Assembly (NCBI GenBank): GCA_963725665.1
Contig: CAVRZA010000008.1
Coordinates: 160,001 to 224,000 of the forward strand
DNA length: 64,000 bases
Origin: an uncultured Actinomycetes bacterium
GTDB taxonomy: Bacteria > Actinomycetota > Thermoleophilia > UBA2241
Direction: 5' to 3'
Shown here: piece by piece, positions 1 to 12,380 of the stretch
Numbering within the stretch: position 1 is the stretch's first letter
How the letters are laid out: every line of letters starts with the position of its first letter
Program-made: the position numbers and the translations under genes
The notes under the pieces: generated by a model
Databases searched by the model: none
Told to the model about the DNA's origin: nothing
The model's input: only the letters and a program-made list of their open reading frames with translations

Positions 1-54
1 CTCGTGGCGGGCGCCGTTTCGGCTGCCGTCGCGCGGGCGAAAGAGCACCCATGA
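1..54 (+). CDS. proC: 3' end of probable pyrroline-5-carboxylate reductase (truncated by window)
   Basis: Frame 1 reads LVAGAVSAAVARAKEHP*, like the ProC C-terminal helix; ATGA overlap with yggT; proC-yggT is a common gene order. Confidence 0.5.
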   Translation, partial: LVAGAVSAAVARAKEHP

Positions 55-323
55 CCTTCATCATCAGGCTGCTCGAACTGGCCATCAGCATCTACATCCT
101 CCTCGTCCTCGCACGCGCGGTGCTGTCGTGGTTCCCGCTGCGTTCCGGCACGCCGATGTACACGGTCTACAGCTACGTGTACGACGTCACCGAACCGTAC
201 CTGCGGCTCTTCCGCCGCATCCTGCCACCCGTTCGCATGGGGAACGCGGCACTCGACTTGAGCCCGATCGTGGGCTTCGTCGTGCTCCTCGTGGTCCAGC
301 GCCTGCTGTATCTGATCGTCTAG
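51..323 (+). CDS. yggT: YggT family membrane protein
   Basis: AVLSWFP..., VTEPYLRLFRRILPP and LDLSPIV motifs. Confidence 0.93.
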   Translation: MTFIIRLLELAISIYILLVLARAVLSWFPLRSGTPMYTVYSYVYDVTEPYLRLFRRILPPVRMGNAALDLSPIVGFVVLLVVQRLLYLIV

Positions 324-341
324 GCCTAAGGGGGCTGCCTC

Positions 342-1157
342 ATGAAGCTCACACCGCTAGACATCCGCCACAAAGACTTCAAGCGCGGCCTGCGCGGGTA
401 CGTCGACGGCGAGGTCGACGAGTTCCTCGATGAGGTGGCCGACGAGTTCGAACGCCTCTTCAAGGAGAACATCGAGCTGGGCGAGCAGGTGGAGTCGCTG
501 CAGGAGCGCGTCGATCAGTACCGCAACCTCGAGGAGACGCTGCAAAAGACGCTGGTCTCAGCACAGAAGAGCGCCGAAGAGCTTAAGGTCAACGCCGAGA
601 AGGAGGCGCAGCTGATCCTGCGCGAGGCCGAGATGAAGGCGCGTCAGATGGTCAACGACTCCTACGCCGACAAGCAGACGGTCGAGAAGACCATCGTGAT
701 GCTGAAGGGCACCGAGGAGGAGTTCCGCTTCAAGTTCAAGGCGATGCTGCAGGGCTACATGAAGCAGGTCGACGAGCTCGACGAACGGGCGAAGAGGGCA
801 CGCGACGAGGCCGACGAACGCGCCAAGGTGGCACGCGACGAGGCCCATGCCGCTGCGCCGGCGGCTACCGAGCCGCCTGCGCCGGAGCCTTCGGACGAAG
901 CGAAGCGCGCCATCGCCGCGCAGGAGACCGTGGCTGCCGCACCGACTCCAGCCGAGGGTGCGCTGGGCGGCACAGCGCGTCCGGCGGAACCCGACAAGAG
1001 CCCGTCCTCGGGTGGCGTGTTCGGTAAGCCGATCGCCACGCCGGAGACGACGGCGCCCGAAGAGGCGCCCACGGGTGATGCCGGGCCCGCACCCAGCGGC
1101 GACGACTTGCTCGGCGACATCGAGACCGAGGTGCGCGACGACGAGTTCAAGTGGTGA
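342..1157 (+). CDS. divIVA: DivIVA domain protein
   Basis: MKLTPLDIRHKDFKRGLRGY...EVDEFLD N-terminus, coiled coil, low-complexity tail. Confidence 0.95.
   Translation: MKLTPLDIRHKDFKRGLRGYVDGEVDEFLDEVADEFERLFKENIELGEQVESLQERVDQYRNLEETLQKTLVSAQKSAEELKVNAEKEAQLILREAEMKARQMVNDSYADKQTVEKTIVMLKGTEEEFRFKFKAMLQGYMKQVDELDERAKRARDEADERAKVARDEAHAAAPAATEPPAPEPSDEAKRAIAAQETVAAAPTPAEGALGGTARPAEPDKSPSSGGVFGKPIATPETTAPEEAPTGDAGPAPSGDDLLGDIETEVRDDEFKW
780..845 (+). repeat. 33-nt imperfect tandem duplication in divIVA
   Basis: Encodes DERAKRARDEA / DERAKVARDEA. Confidence 0.75.
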
Positions 1158-1167
1158 GCGGGACGCC

Positions 1168-1464
1168 GTGCGGCCCACGGCCGGCGGCGTCCTGCTCGCT
1201 CTTTGGGTCACGCCCGGCGCGCGGCACGCGACGTGCGAGGGCGAGCGCGACGGGTACGTGCGCGTGAGGTTGCGGGCCCCGGCGCGCGAGGGTCGCGCCA
1301 ATGAAGAGCTCGTGCGCCTGCTCGCGCAGCGTCTCGACGTGTCGCGCGCAGACGTGACAATCGTGAGCGGCGCACGAGCGAGACGAAAGGTGGCGCGCGT
1401 CGCCGGCCTTGCGGCCGACGACGCGCGCCTGGACTCACTGCTTCGGGGAGGTGAGCATGGCTAA
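1168..1464 (+). CDS. DUF167/YggU family protein
   Basis: WVTPGAR...VRLRAPAREGRANEELVRLLA...IVSGARARRK; GTG start at 1168 inferred. Confidence 0.88.
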   Translation: MRPTAGGVLLALWVTPGARHATCEGERDGYVRVRLRAPAREGRANEELVRLLAQRLDVSRADVTIVSGARARRKVARVAGLAADDARLDSLLRGGEHG

Positions 1465-1621
1465 GCTGGCGTATTGCGAGAGCTGCAGGGCGACCTATCC
1501 CCTGAACATCGTCTCCCACGAGGGATCGCGCGCGAGCAAGGGCAAGGAGTTCGCTTGCCCGCTGGGACACACCGACATCCGCACGGTCGAGGAGCCACCC
1601 GCCGGTGACGAGAAGAAGTAG
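1457..1621 (+). CDS. Small putative zinc-binding protein (54 aa)
   Basis: GGAGGTGA SD before ATG 1457; MAKLAYCESC...FACPLGH; host-like codon usage. Confidence 0.7.
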   Translation: MAKLAYCESCRATYPLNIVSHEGSRASKGKEFACPLGHTDIRTVEEPPAGDEKK

Positions 1622-2045
1622 GCGTCTGCTGGCCGCCGGCTTCGTCGTCGCGGGGGTCGTGGCGCTCGACCAGCTCACCAAGTGGCTCGTGCGCCGCGAT
1701 GTCGCCGAGCTCCCGCTCCATTTGACGAGCTGGCTGAGGCTCGAGGAGGTGCACAACAAGGGCATCTCGTTCGGCACCTTCGCCCAGGGAGGCACCTGGG
1801 TGGTCGCCGTCGTCTCCATCGTCATGGCGGTCCTGGTCGTGCTCCTCTTCTACTTGGGGCCGCGCTACTCGCTGCCGCTCGCCCTGATCCTGGCCGGCAG
1901 CCTGGGCAACCTCATCGACCGCCTGCGCTTCGGCTTCGTTTGGGACTTCGTCACCGTGCCCCATTGGCCGACGTTCAACGTCGCCGACGCCGCCATCGCG
2001 ACCGGTGCCGTCTGGCTCGGGTTGGTCGTCCTTACCGGCGATTGA
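1605..2045 (+). CDS. lspA: Lipoprotein signal peptidase II
   Basis: DQLTK, NKGISFG, GNLIDR, WDF and WPTFNVAD motifs. Confidence 0.95.
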   Translation: MTRRSRRLLAAGFVVAGVVALDQLTKWLVRRDVAELPLHLTSWLRLEEVHNKGISFGTFAQGGTWVVAVVSIVMAVLVVLLFYLGPRYSLPLALILAGSLGNLIDRLRFGFVWDFVTVPHWPTFNVADAAIATGAVWLGLVVLTGD

Positions 2046-2052
2046 GGCTGCC

Positions 2053-3084
2053 GTGACGCGCTCCTTCGTCGTTGGGCCGGAGGAGGCGGGCGAGCGCCTC
2101 GACGTGACGCTCGCCCGCCACGCCGGCCTCTCGCGCGCGCAGGCGCAACGCCTGCTCGCCGAGGGCTGGGCGCTCGTCGACGGTGTCGCGCGCGCCAAGC
2201 ACCACCAGGTGCGCCCCGGCGAACGCGTCGAGGTCGACGAGCCGCCGGCCGGCGAGACGGAGCTCGTCGCCGAGAACGTCGCGTTCACCGTCGTCTACGA
2301 AGACGACTGGCTCCTCGTCGTCGACAAGCCGGCCGGCGTCGTCGTGCACCCGGCGCCGGGCCACGAGCACGGCACCCTCGTGCACGGATTGCTCGGGCGG
2401 GGCATCGCCGGCGGCCACGAGCTTCGTCCCGGCATCGTGCACCGGCTCGACCGCGACACCTCCGGCCTGCTCATCGTCGCCCGCAGTCAGGAGTCCTATC
2501 GCCGCCTCGTCACTCTCCTCGCGGCGCGGCGCATCGCGCGTACCTACCTAGCGCTGCTCGAGGGACGCCTGCCGCAGGACGAAGGCACCATCGACGCTCC
2601 CATCGGACGTCACCTGCGCGACCGTACGCGCATGTCGCTGCACAGCGCGGCGGCGCGACGGGCCGTCACCCATTTCAGCGTGCTGCGCCGGCTCACGTGC
2701 GGCGCGCAAGACACGACCGCGGGCGGCGGACGGCAAGAGGCTGGCGAGGACTTCACCTACGTCGAGGTACGCCTCGAGACCGGGCGCACGCACCAGATCC
2801 GCGTGCACTTCGCGGCTCTGGGCTATCCCGTGGCCGGCGACACCGTCTACGGGCGAGGCCGGCGTCCCGCCGGCCTCGCCCGTCAGTTCCTGCACGCGTG
2901 GCGCCTGAGCTTCCCGCACCCTGAGGATGGACGCGAGCTGAGCTTCGAGGCGCCCCTGCCCGAGGAGCTGGCGTCGTTCCTCGCGGTCGCTTTCGCAAAC
3001 CTGAAAGCGGGCCTCCCAGAAACCTCCCTTGCGAACGGTGGCATACTGACTTCATGGGCATGGTCTTCCATAGACTGGCCATAG
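2053..3084 (+). CDS. rluD: RluA/RluD family pseudouridine synthase
   Basis: S4 domain, DKPAG, HRLDRDTSG, TGRTHQIRVH, QFLHA; last ~27 aa are atypical. Confidence 0.93.
   Translation: MTRSFVVGPEEAGERLDVTLARHAGLSRAQAQRLLAEGWALVDGVARAKHHQVRPGERVEVDEPPAGETELVAENVAFTVVYEDDWLLVVDKPAGVVVHPAPGHEHGTLVHGLLGRGIAGGHELRPGIVHRLDRDTSGLLIVARSQESYRRLVTLLAARRIARTYLALLEGRLPQDEGTIDAPIGRHLRDRTRMSLHSAAARRAVTHFSVLRRLTCGAQDTTAGGGRQEAGEDFTYVEVRLETGRTHQIRVHFAALGYPVAGDTVYGRGRRPAGLARQFLHAWRLSFPHPEDGRELSFEAPLPEELASFLAVAFANLKAGLPETSLANGGILTSWAWSSIDWP
3039..3047 (+). promoter_or_regulatory. Extended -10 element (TGgCATACT), probable leaderless start
   Basis: CATACT 3042-3047 lies 6 nt before ATG 3054. Confidence 0.45.
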
Positions 3085-3818
3085 GGTCGCTCGTTGTTCT
3101 CCTCATCGCGCTACCTGCCTCGTCGCTCTTAGCGTTCCTTGTCGGCGGAGCGGGTATGGCGTGGACACTCAACTCAAGTGGATGGCTTCTGTACGCGGTC
3201 ATGCTCGGCGCTGCCATGGCCTGCACCGTGGCGTCCCTGGCCGTGCGTCCCAACGTCCGGCTGACCGGCCTTGTGCTGACTCTCCTTCTCCTCACGCTGG
3301 TTCCAGCCGCTTCGAGCACTCTCGCCGTCGGAGTCATCGTCTGCGGCGTGGTCGGCTTGCTGGTCGCCTTGCTTCTACGACCGCCAATCGGAGGACCATC
3401 TGTCGCCGCAATCACGGTTGCAGTCGTCGTGTTCATGGCAGCCCTTGGCCTTCTTGCGGCGAGGGTCGAGCTCGGGAATCCGTTTGCGCGCTGGGACTCG
3501 CGAGAGACGTTCGCCACGCTCGTTTCCCCGGATGGTCGGTGGACTGCCAACAGCCAGCTGGTGGAGCAGTTCGCCATCCTCGGCGACATATGGTCAGAGG
3601 TGACGGTCGAGCGCAGCACGCTTGGTCTCTTCAGTCAGTCGGGCACCGTCTGGAAGGGAGAGGTCAACGCGCGCCGGCCGACGATGCGGTGGTTGAGCAA
3701 CGACGCCCTACTCGTGGACGACACCCAGGTGGCCCTCAACAGCGCCTCCGGCGGGGCGAGTACTGGGGCATTCTGCTCCTGGACCTTGTTGCAGCTGCTT
3801 TGTTCCGGGGTGGAATGA
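3054..3818 (+). CDS. Hypothetical multi-pass membrane protein
   Basis: About 5 hydrophobic segments then a soluble domain (SPDGRW); codon usage less GC3-biased than neighbours. Confidence 0.6.
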   Translation: MGMVFHRLAIGSLVVLLIALPASSLLAFLVGGAGMAWTLNSSGWLLYAVMLGAAMACTVASLAVRPNVRLTGLVLTLLLLTLVPAASSTLAVGVIVCGVVGLLVALLLRPPIGGPSVAAITVAVVVFMAALGLLAARVELGNPFARWDSRETFATLVSPDGRWTANSQLVEQFAILGDIWSEVTVERSTLGLFSQSGTVWKGEVNARRPTMRWLSNDALLVDDTQVALNSASGGASTGAFCSWTLLQLLCSGVE

Positions 3819-3934
3819 GCTGACTGGAGTGTCGGCGTCTGCTGATGAACCGGCGTAGGGGTCGTTTGAGCATGCGGGCGAAGAGGCAAGCGAAGGCCAG
3901 TTGAGACGGCGCCGTCTGCCAACCCGAACCGACC

Positions 3935-3963
3935 TTGACTGCCCGGTAGCGCACCGGTAGAGT
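3935..3963 (+). promoter_or_regulatory. Housekeeping sigma promoter of pyr operon
   Basis: TTGACT-N17-TAGAGT. Confidence 0.75.
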
Positions 3964-3971
3964 CGCCAAAA

Positions 3972-4056
3972 CCTTTAATCCAGGTCCTGTGAGACCGGAA
4001 AGGGGGCAGTATGTCACGCGCACACATCGCCGACGGCCCGAAGGCGGTGTTTTTTT
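3972..4056 (+). promoter_or_regulatory. PyrR-binding loop and attenuator
   Basis: CCTTT..AGGTCCTGTGAGACC..AAAGG resembles the PyrR ARUCCnGnGAGGYU stem-loop; then ACATCGCC/GGCGGTGT hairpin plus T-run. Confidence 0.85.
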
Positions 4057-4632
4057 ATGCCTAGAGCCGCCAAGGTCGTCATGACGGACGAGCTGCTCAC
4101 GCGCACCGTCACGCGCATCGCCCACGAGATCCTGGAGAAGAACACCGGCGACGAGAAGCTGGCCGTCGTCGGCATCCACACCCGGGGCGCCTTCCTGGCG
4201 CGTCGGCTGCACGCCATCCTCAAGGAGATCGCCGGGCGCGAGGTGCCTCTGGGCGAGCTCGACATCTCCTTCTACCGCGACGACGTGGCCGCTCGCGGCG
4301 CCTACGGTGTCGTGCCGGCGACCCCCAACCCCGTGGTCCAGAGCACCGACTTGCCGTTCGCGGTCGACGGCGCCACCGTGGTGCTGGTCGACGATGTGCT
4401 CTACACGGGGCGCACCATCCGCGCCGCCATCGACGCCCTTTTCGACTATGGGCGCCCCGGGCGCGTGCAGCTTGCCGCGCTGGTCGACCGCGGCCACCGC
4501 GAGCTGCCCATCCGGCCCGACTACATCGGCAAGAACCTGCCCACCGCGCAGCGCGAGCGCATCGAGGTCCACCTGACCGAGGTCGACGGCGTCGACGAGG
4601 TCGTGCTCAAGAGCCCCGCGGAGGAGGAGTGA
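4057..4632 (+). CDS. pyrR: Bifunctional pyr operon regulator/UPRTase
   Basis: RIAHEILE, LDISFYRDD, VDDVLYTGRT, DRGHRELPIRPDYIGKN. Confidence 0.97.
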   Translation: MPRAAKVVMTDELLTRTVTRIAHEILEKNTGDEKLAVVGIHTRGAFLARRLHAILKEIAGREVPLGELDISFYRDDVAARGAYGVVPATPNPVVQSTDLPFAVDGATVVLVDDVLYTGRTIRAAIDALFDYGRPGRVQLAALVDRGHRELPIRPDYIGKNLPTAQRERIEVHLTEVDGVDEVVLKSPAEEE

Positions 4633-4633
4633 G

Positions 4634-5578
4634 ATGGCCAAGCGCGACCTGCTATCGATCGACGACCTGACGCGCGCCGAGGCCGAGCTCGTCCTCGATA
4701 CGGCCGAGAGCTTCTTGCCCGTCTTGCAGCGCGACATCAAGAAGGTGCCGACGTTGCGCGGGCGCACGATCATCAACATGTTCTACGAGTCCTCGACGCG
4801 CACGCTGACGAGCTTCGAGCTGGCGGCCAAGCGACTGTCGGCCGACACCATGAACGTGCGCGCCTCGGGCTCGGCGGTCGACAAGGGGGAGTCCCTCAAG
4901 GACACCATCCTCACGCTCTCGGCCTACCAGCCCGACATCATCGTCATGCGCCATCCCCAGATCGGCGCCGGCCGCCTCGCCTCGCGCTACACGCCGGCCA
5001 GCGTGATCAACGCCGGCGACGGCAAGTTCCAGCACCCCTCGCAGGCGCTGCTCGACCTCTTCACCATGCGCCAGGCGCTGGGCAAGGAGCTCGACGGCCT
5101 CAAGGTGTGGATCGTCGGCGACATCCTGCACAGTCGGGTGGCGCGCAGCGACATCGCCGCCTTCCAGCTTCTGGGCATGGAGGTCACCGTGGCCGGACCG
5201 CCGCCGCTCATCCCCCGCGACGTGGAGACGCTGGGGGTGACGGTCGAGCACAGCCTCGATCGCCTCAAGGAGGCCGACGTCGTCTACCTGCTGCGCATGC
5301 AGATGGAGCGCATGCAGGAGGGGGCCAACTTCATCCCCTCGCTGCGTGAGTACTCGGCCCTCTACGGCATGACCCTGGAGCGCCTGCGGCCGGGGCAGAA
5401 GGTGATGCACCCCGGCCCGATCAACCGCGGCATCGAGATCAGCCCGGCCGTCGCCGACCACCCCGACACGCTCATCCTCGAGCAGGTCGAGAGCGGGCTG
5501 GCGGTGCGCATGGCGATCCTCTACCGCACCATCGTCGGCTACGACGAACGGTCGGCGAGCGAGAGGGGTGCGGCATGA
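4634..5578 (+). CDS. pyrB: Aspartate carbamoyltransferase
   Basis: FYESSTRT, HPSQALLD, MHPGPINRG. Confidence 0.97.
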   Translation: MAKRDLLSIDDLTRAEAELVLDTAESFLPVLQRDIKKVPTLRGRTIINMFYESSTRTLTSFELAAKRLSADTMNVRASGSAVDKGESLKDTILTLSAYQPDIIVMRHPQIGAGRLASRYTPASVINAGDGKFQHPSQALLDLFTMRQALGKELDGLKVWIVGDILHSRVARSDIAAFQLLGMEVTVAGPPPLIPRDVETLGVTVEHSLDRLKEADVVYLLRMQMERMQEGANFIPSLREYSALYGMTLERLRPGQKVMHPGPINRGIEISPAVADHPDTLILEQVESGLAVRMAILYRTIVGYDERSASERGAA

Positions 5579-6894
5579 GCGTGCGCGTCTGGTCGAAGGG
5601 CGGGGCGGGCGCCGACCTCGTCGTGCGCGGCGCCCGCGTCGTCGACCCGCAAGCCAAGCTCGACGACGTCTGCGACGTCCTGATCAAGAAGGGCAAGATC
5701 GCGGCGATCGGCGAGAACCTGGAGGCGCCTGAAGGGACCAGGACGGTCGACGGCGCCGGCCGCCTGCTCGTGCCGGGCTTCGTCGACTTGCACGCGCACC
5801 TGCGCACTCCGGGACGCGAAGACGAGGAGGACCTAGTCAGCGGCACGGCGGCCGCCGCGGCCGGTGGCTACGTCGCCCTCTTCTCGATGGCCAACACGGA
5901 CCCGGTGATCGACTCGGCGCCCGTGCTCGAGGGGCTCGCGCAGCGGGCCGGAGCCGAGGCGAGCGTGCCCACGGGCTTCTTCGCTTCTGTCAGCAGGGAC
6001 CTGGCCGGCAAGCAGCTCACCGAGATGTACGAGCTGGCGCAGGCCGGCGCGGTGGGCTTCAGTGACGACGGAAAGCCGCTGGCGACGGCGCAGCTTCTGC
6101 GCCGCGCGCTGCAGTACGTCAAGGTCACCGACCGCTTCGTCGCCCTGCACGCGCAGGACGACGCCCTCATGGGCGCGGGGGTCATGCACGAAGGGCCGGT
6201 GTCGGCGAAGCTGGGCCTGGGCGGCATCCCGGCCATCGCCGAGAGCGCCGACGTGGCCCGCGCCCTCGAGGTGGCGCGCTACGAGGACGGCCGCGTTCAT
6301 CTCTGCCACGTAAGCAGCGAGCTCTCGCTCGAGCACCTGGAGCGGGCCAAGAAGCTCGGCGTGCGCGTGACGGCCGAGGCGACGCCGCACCACCTGACGA
6401 TGACCGACGAGGCCGTCTACTCCCTCGACTCCGGCGTGAAGATGAACCCGCCGCTGCGCGCCGCGAGCGACCGTATGGCGCTCGTCGCGGCGCTCAAGAG
6501 CGGGCTCATCGACTGCGTGGCCACCGATCACGCGCCCCATGCGCAGCAGGAGAAGGAGGTGCCCTTCGAGGCGGCCGCCTTCGGCACCATCGGCCTCGAG
6601 ACGGCCTTCGCCTCGCTGTACACGCGCGCCGTGCTCACCAAGGAGATCTCGCTGCCGGTGCTCATCGAGCGCATGAGCCAGGCGCCGGCGCGCATCGCCG
6701 GCATGAGGCCGCCCACCATCGTCGCGGGGGAGACGGCCAACGTGTGCCTCATCGACCCCGAGGCGCGCTGGGTGGTCGAGGCGACGCAGCTGCGGTCCAA
6801 GTCGACGAACTCGGCCTGGCTCGGCGAGACGCTGCAAGGGCGCGTCGCGCTCACGGTCGCGGGCGGCCGGCTCGTGTTCGAGGGCGGCGCCTAG
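5575..6894 (+). CDS. pyrC: Dihydroorotase
   Basis: DLHAHLRTPG, KMNPPLR, ATDHAPH. Confidence 0.96.
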   Translation: MSVRVWSKGGAGADLVVRGARVVDPQAKLDDVCDVLIKKGKIAAIGENLEAPEGTRTVDGAGRLLVPGFVDLHAHLRTPGREDEEDLVSGTAAAAAGGYVALFSMANTDPVIDSAPVLEGLAQRAGAEASVPTGFFASVSRDLAGKQLTEMYELAQAGAVGFSDDGKPLATAQLLRRALQYVKVTDRFVALHAQDDALMGAGVMHEGPVSAKLGLGGIPAIAESADVARALEVARYEDGRVHLCHVSSELSLEHLERAKKLGVRVTAEATPHHLTMTDEAVYSLDSGVKMNPPLRAASDRMALVAALKSGLIDCVATDHAPHAQQEKEVPFEAAAFGTIGLETAFASLYTRAVLTKEISLPVLIERMSQAPARIAGMRPPTIVAGETANVCLIDPEARWVVEATQLRSKSTNSAWLGETLQGRVALTVAGGRLVFEGGA

Positions 6895-6907
6895 GGGCGC
6901 GGGGGCA

Positions 6908-8344
6908 GTGCCCAAGCCAGCCCTGCTTGTCCTCGAGGACGGCGCTTCGTTCGCCGGCGAGGCGCTCATCGGGTCCGGCACCGCCGGCGGTGAGCTCGTC
7001 TTCACCACGAGCATGACCGGCTACCAGGAGATCGCCTCCGACCCGTCCTACCACGGGCAGATCGTCGTCTACACGTTCCCCATGGTCGGCAACTACGGGG
7101 CGGCGCCGGGGCTCGACGAGAGCCCCGACGCCGCCCCGCCGGCCATCGTCGCGCGCGAGATCACCAACTACGCCTACAACCGCGCCGCGGAGGCTGGCTG
7201 GCTCACCTGGCTCTCGGCCCGCGGCGTCGTCGCCGTCACCGGCGTCGACACACGCGCCGTGACGCGCCACATCCGCGAGCGCGGCGCCATGCGCGCCATC
7301 GTGAGCACCGAGAGCGCCGCCGTCGAGACGCTGCGCGAGGCGGCGCTGCGCGTGCCGCCGATGGGCGGGCGCGACCTCGCCGCTGAGGTCACCTGCGGCG
7401 AGCGCCGCGAGGTCGTGCCCGCCGACCCTTCTGAGGCGCGCTTCCATGTCGTGGTCGTCGATCTCGGCGTCAAGCGCTCCATCCTCGACCTTCTCCTTGC
7501 CCAAGGCTGTCGCCTTACCGTCGTGCCCGCCTCGACGAGCGCCAAAGCGATCCTGAGACTCGAGCCCGACGGGGTGCTCCTCTCGAACGGCCCCGGAGAC
7601 CCGGCCGCCGTCACCTACGCCGTCAAGACTACGCGGGGCCTGCTCGGCCGCGTGCCGGTGTTCGGCATCTGTCTGGGCCATCAGCTCCTCGCCCTCGCGC
7701 TCGGTCTGCGCACGTACAAGCTGCCCTTCGGGCACCGGGGCGCCAACCACCCCGTCAAGGACCTGCGCACGGGGAGGGTCGAGGTAACGACGCAGAACCA
7801 CGGCTTCGCCGTGATGCAACCCGACCAGCTTCCCTCCGGCATCGAGCTCACGCATGTGAGCCTCAACGACGGCACCGTCGAGGGGCTGGCCGATGCGGCC
7901 CGCCATGCCTTCTCGGTGCAGTACCACCCCGAGGCCTCACCCGGCCCGCACGACGCGCAGCACCTCTTCGCCCGCTTCGCCGCCGAGATGCAGGCCTTTC
8001 GCGGCGCCGCCGAGGCGGATGACGGAGCGAGGCCAAGGCAGCGGCGCGCGCAGACGGCGGGCGCGCCGGCGACCACCTCTGGGCAGGCTGCTGACGCAAG
8101 TGACCTGCCGGCATCCGCTACGGAACTGATCGCAAAGGCCGCGGACCTTCCGGCTGATGCGGCGGCGACGCAGGCGGCGACATCGCACGCTCCCGTGGTC
8201 GACACTGGTGAAGGCGACTCACCGACCGATGGCGGACACGAGACGGACGAGGGCGGCGGCCGGCCGTACCGGCACCCGAGCCTCAAGGATGCGCTACGCG
8301 GGCACCTGGGCAGGCTTGGCGACCTGGGGCGCAGGGAGGGGTAG
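6908..8344 (+). CDS. carA: Carbamoyl-phosphate synthase small subunit with long C-terminal extension
   Basis: [34 protein letters not shown]. Confidence 0.96.
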   Translation: MPKPALLVLEDGASFAGEALIGSGTAGGELVFTTSMTGYQEIASDPSYHGQIVVYTFPMVGNYGAAPGLDESPDAAPPAIVAREITNYAYNRAAEAGWLTWLSARGVVAVTGVDTRAVTRHIRERGAMRAIVSTESAAVETLREAALRVPPMGGRDLAAEVTCGERREVVPADPSEARFHVVVVDLGVKRSILDLLLAQGCRLTVVPASTSAKAILRLEPDGVLLSNGPGDPAAVTYAVKTTRGLLGRVPVFGICLGHQLLALALGLRTYKLPFGHRGANHPVKDLRTGRVEVTTQNHGFAVMQPDQLPSGIELTHVSLNDGTVEGLADAARHAFSVQYHPEASPGPHDAQHLFARFAAEMQAFRGAAEADDGARPRQRRAQTAGAPATTSGQAADASDLPASATELIAKAADLPADAAATQAATSHAPVVDTGEGDSPTDGGHETDEGGGRPYRHPSLKDALRGHLGRLGDLGRREG

Positions 8345-8346
8345 GC

Positions 8347-11546
<3,200 letters not shown>

Positions 11547-11568
<22 letters not shown>

Positions 11569-12380
11569 ACCCAGACCGGGAGCATGAGCGCCGTGCCGTC
11601 AGCCGCGACTGCCGCGTCGTCGAGTCGCGCCGCTTCGGCGCCTTCTCGTTGCTCTCGCTGGCCGCTATCGAGATCGCCGCTCGCGCCGCTCCCGGCCAGT
11701 TCGTTATGGTAGGCGTGCCCGGCGGGCGCTTCCTCCTGCGCCGGCCCATCTCGCTGCACTCGGTCGACGGCGAGCGTGTGCGACTGCTAATCGAAGCTCG
11801 CGGCGAGGGGTCGGCCGTGCTCGCGGCCGCCGAGGTCGGCGACACGCTACCTCTGGCCGGACCACTGGGCAGTGGGTTCCGGCTGGAGGGGGTGCGCGCG
11901 GCGCTGCTCGTGGCCGGCGGCATCGGGGCGGCGCCGCTGCAGTTCGTCGCCGACGAGCTCGTCGCGGCCGAGGTGCCCGTCGTCGGCGCCTTCGGCTTTC
12001 GCGACGCCGCCCAGGCGCGCCTCGTGGGCGCCTTCGAGATCGACCCCCTGTGGGTGGCGAGCGACGACGGCTCGGTGGGGCGGCGGGGCACCGCCGTCGA
12101 CCTGCTCGACACCATCGACGTGCCCGACGGAGCGACCGTCTTCGCCTGCGGCCCGGCGGCGATGGTCGCGGCACTCGCGCCCTGGGTCACGGCGCGCGGT
12201 CTCCAGGGCTACGCGTCGCTCGAGGCGCACATGGCCTGCGGGACCGGCGCCTGTCACGGATGCGTCGTGCCCACGCGCGCCGGGTATCGTCGCGTCTGCG
12301 CCGACGGACCGGTGTTCGCCCTGAACGACCTGGCGACCTCATCGAGACCAGGTCCGGCGACGGCCGGGGAGGCTCCATGA
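11547..12380 (+). CDS. pyrK: Dihydroorotate dehydrogenase electron-transfer subunit
   Basis: [29 protein letters not shown]...VCADGPVF 2Fe-2S motif. Confidence 0.93.
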
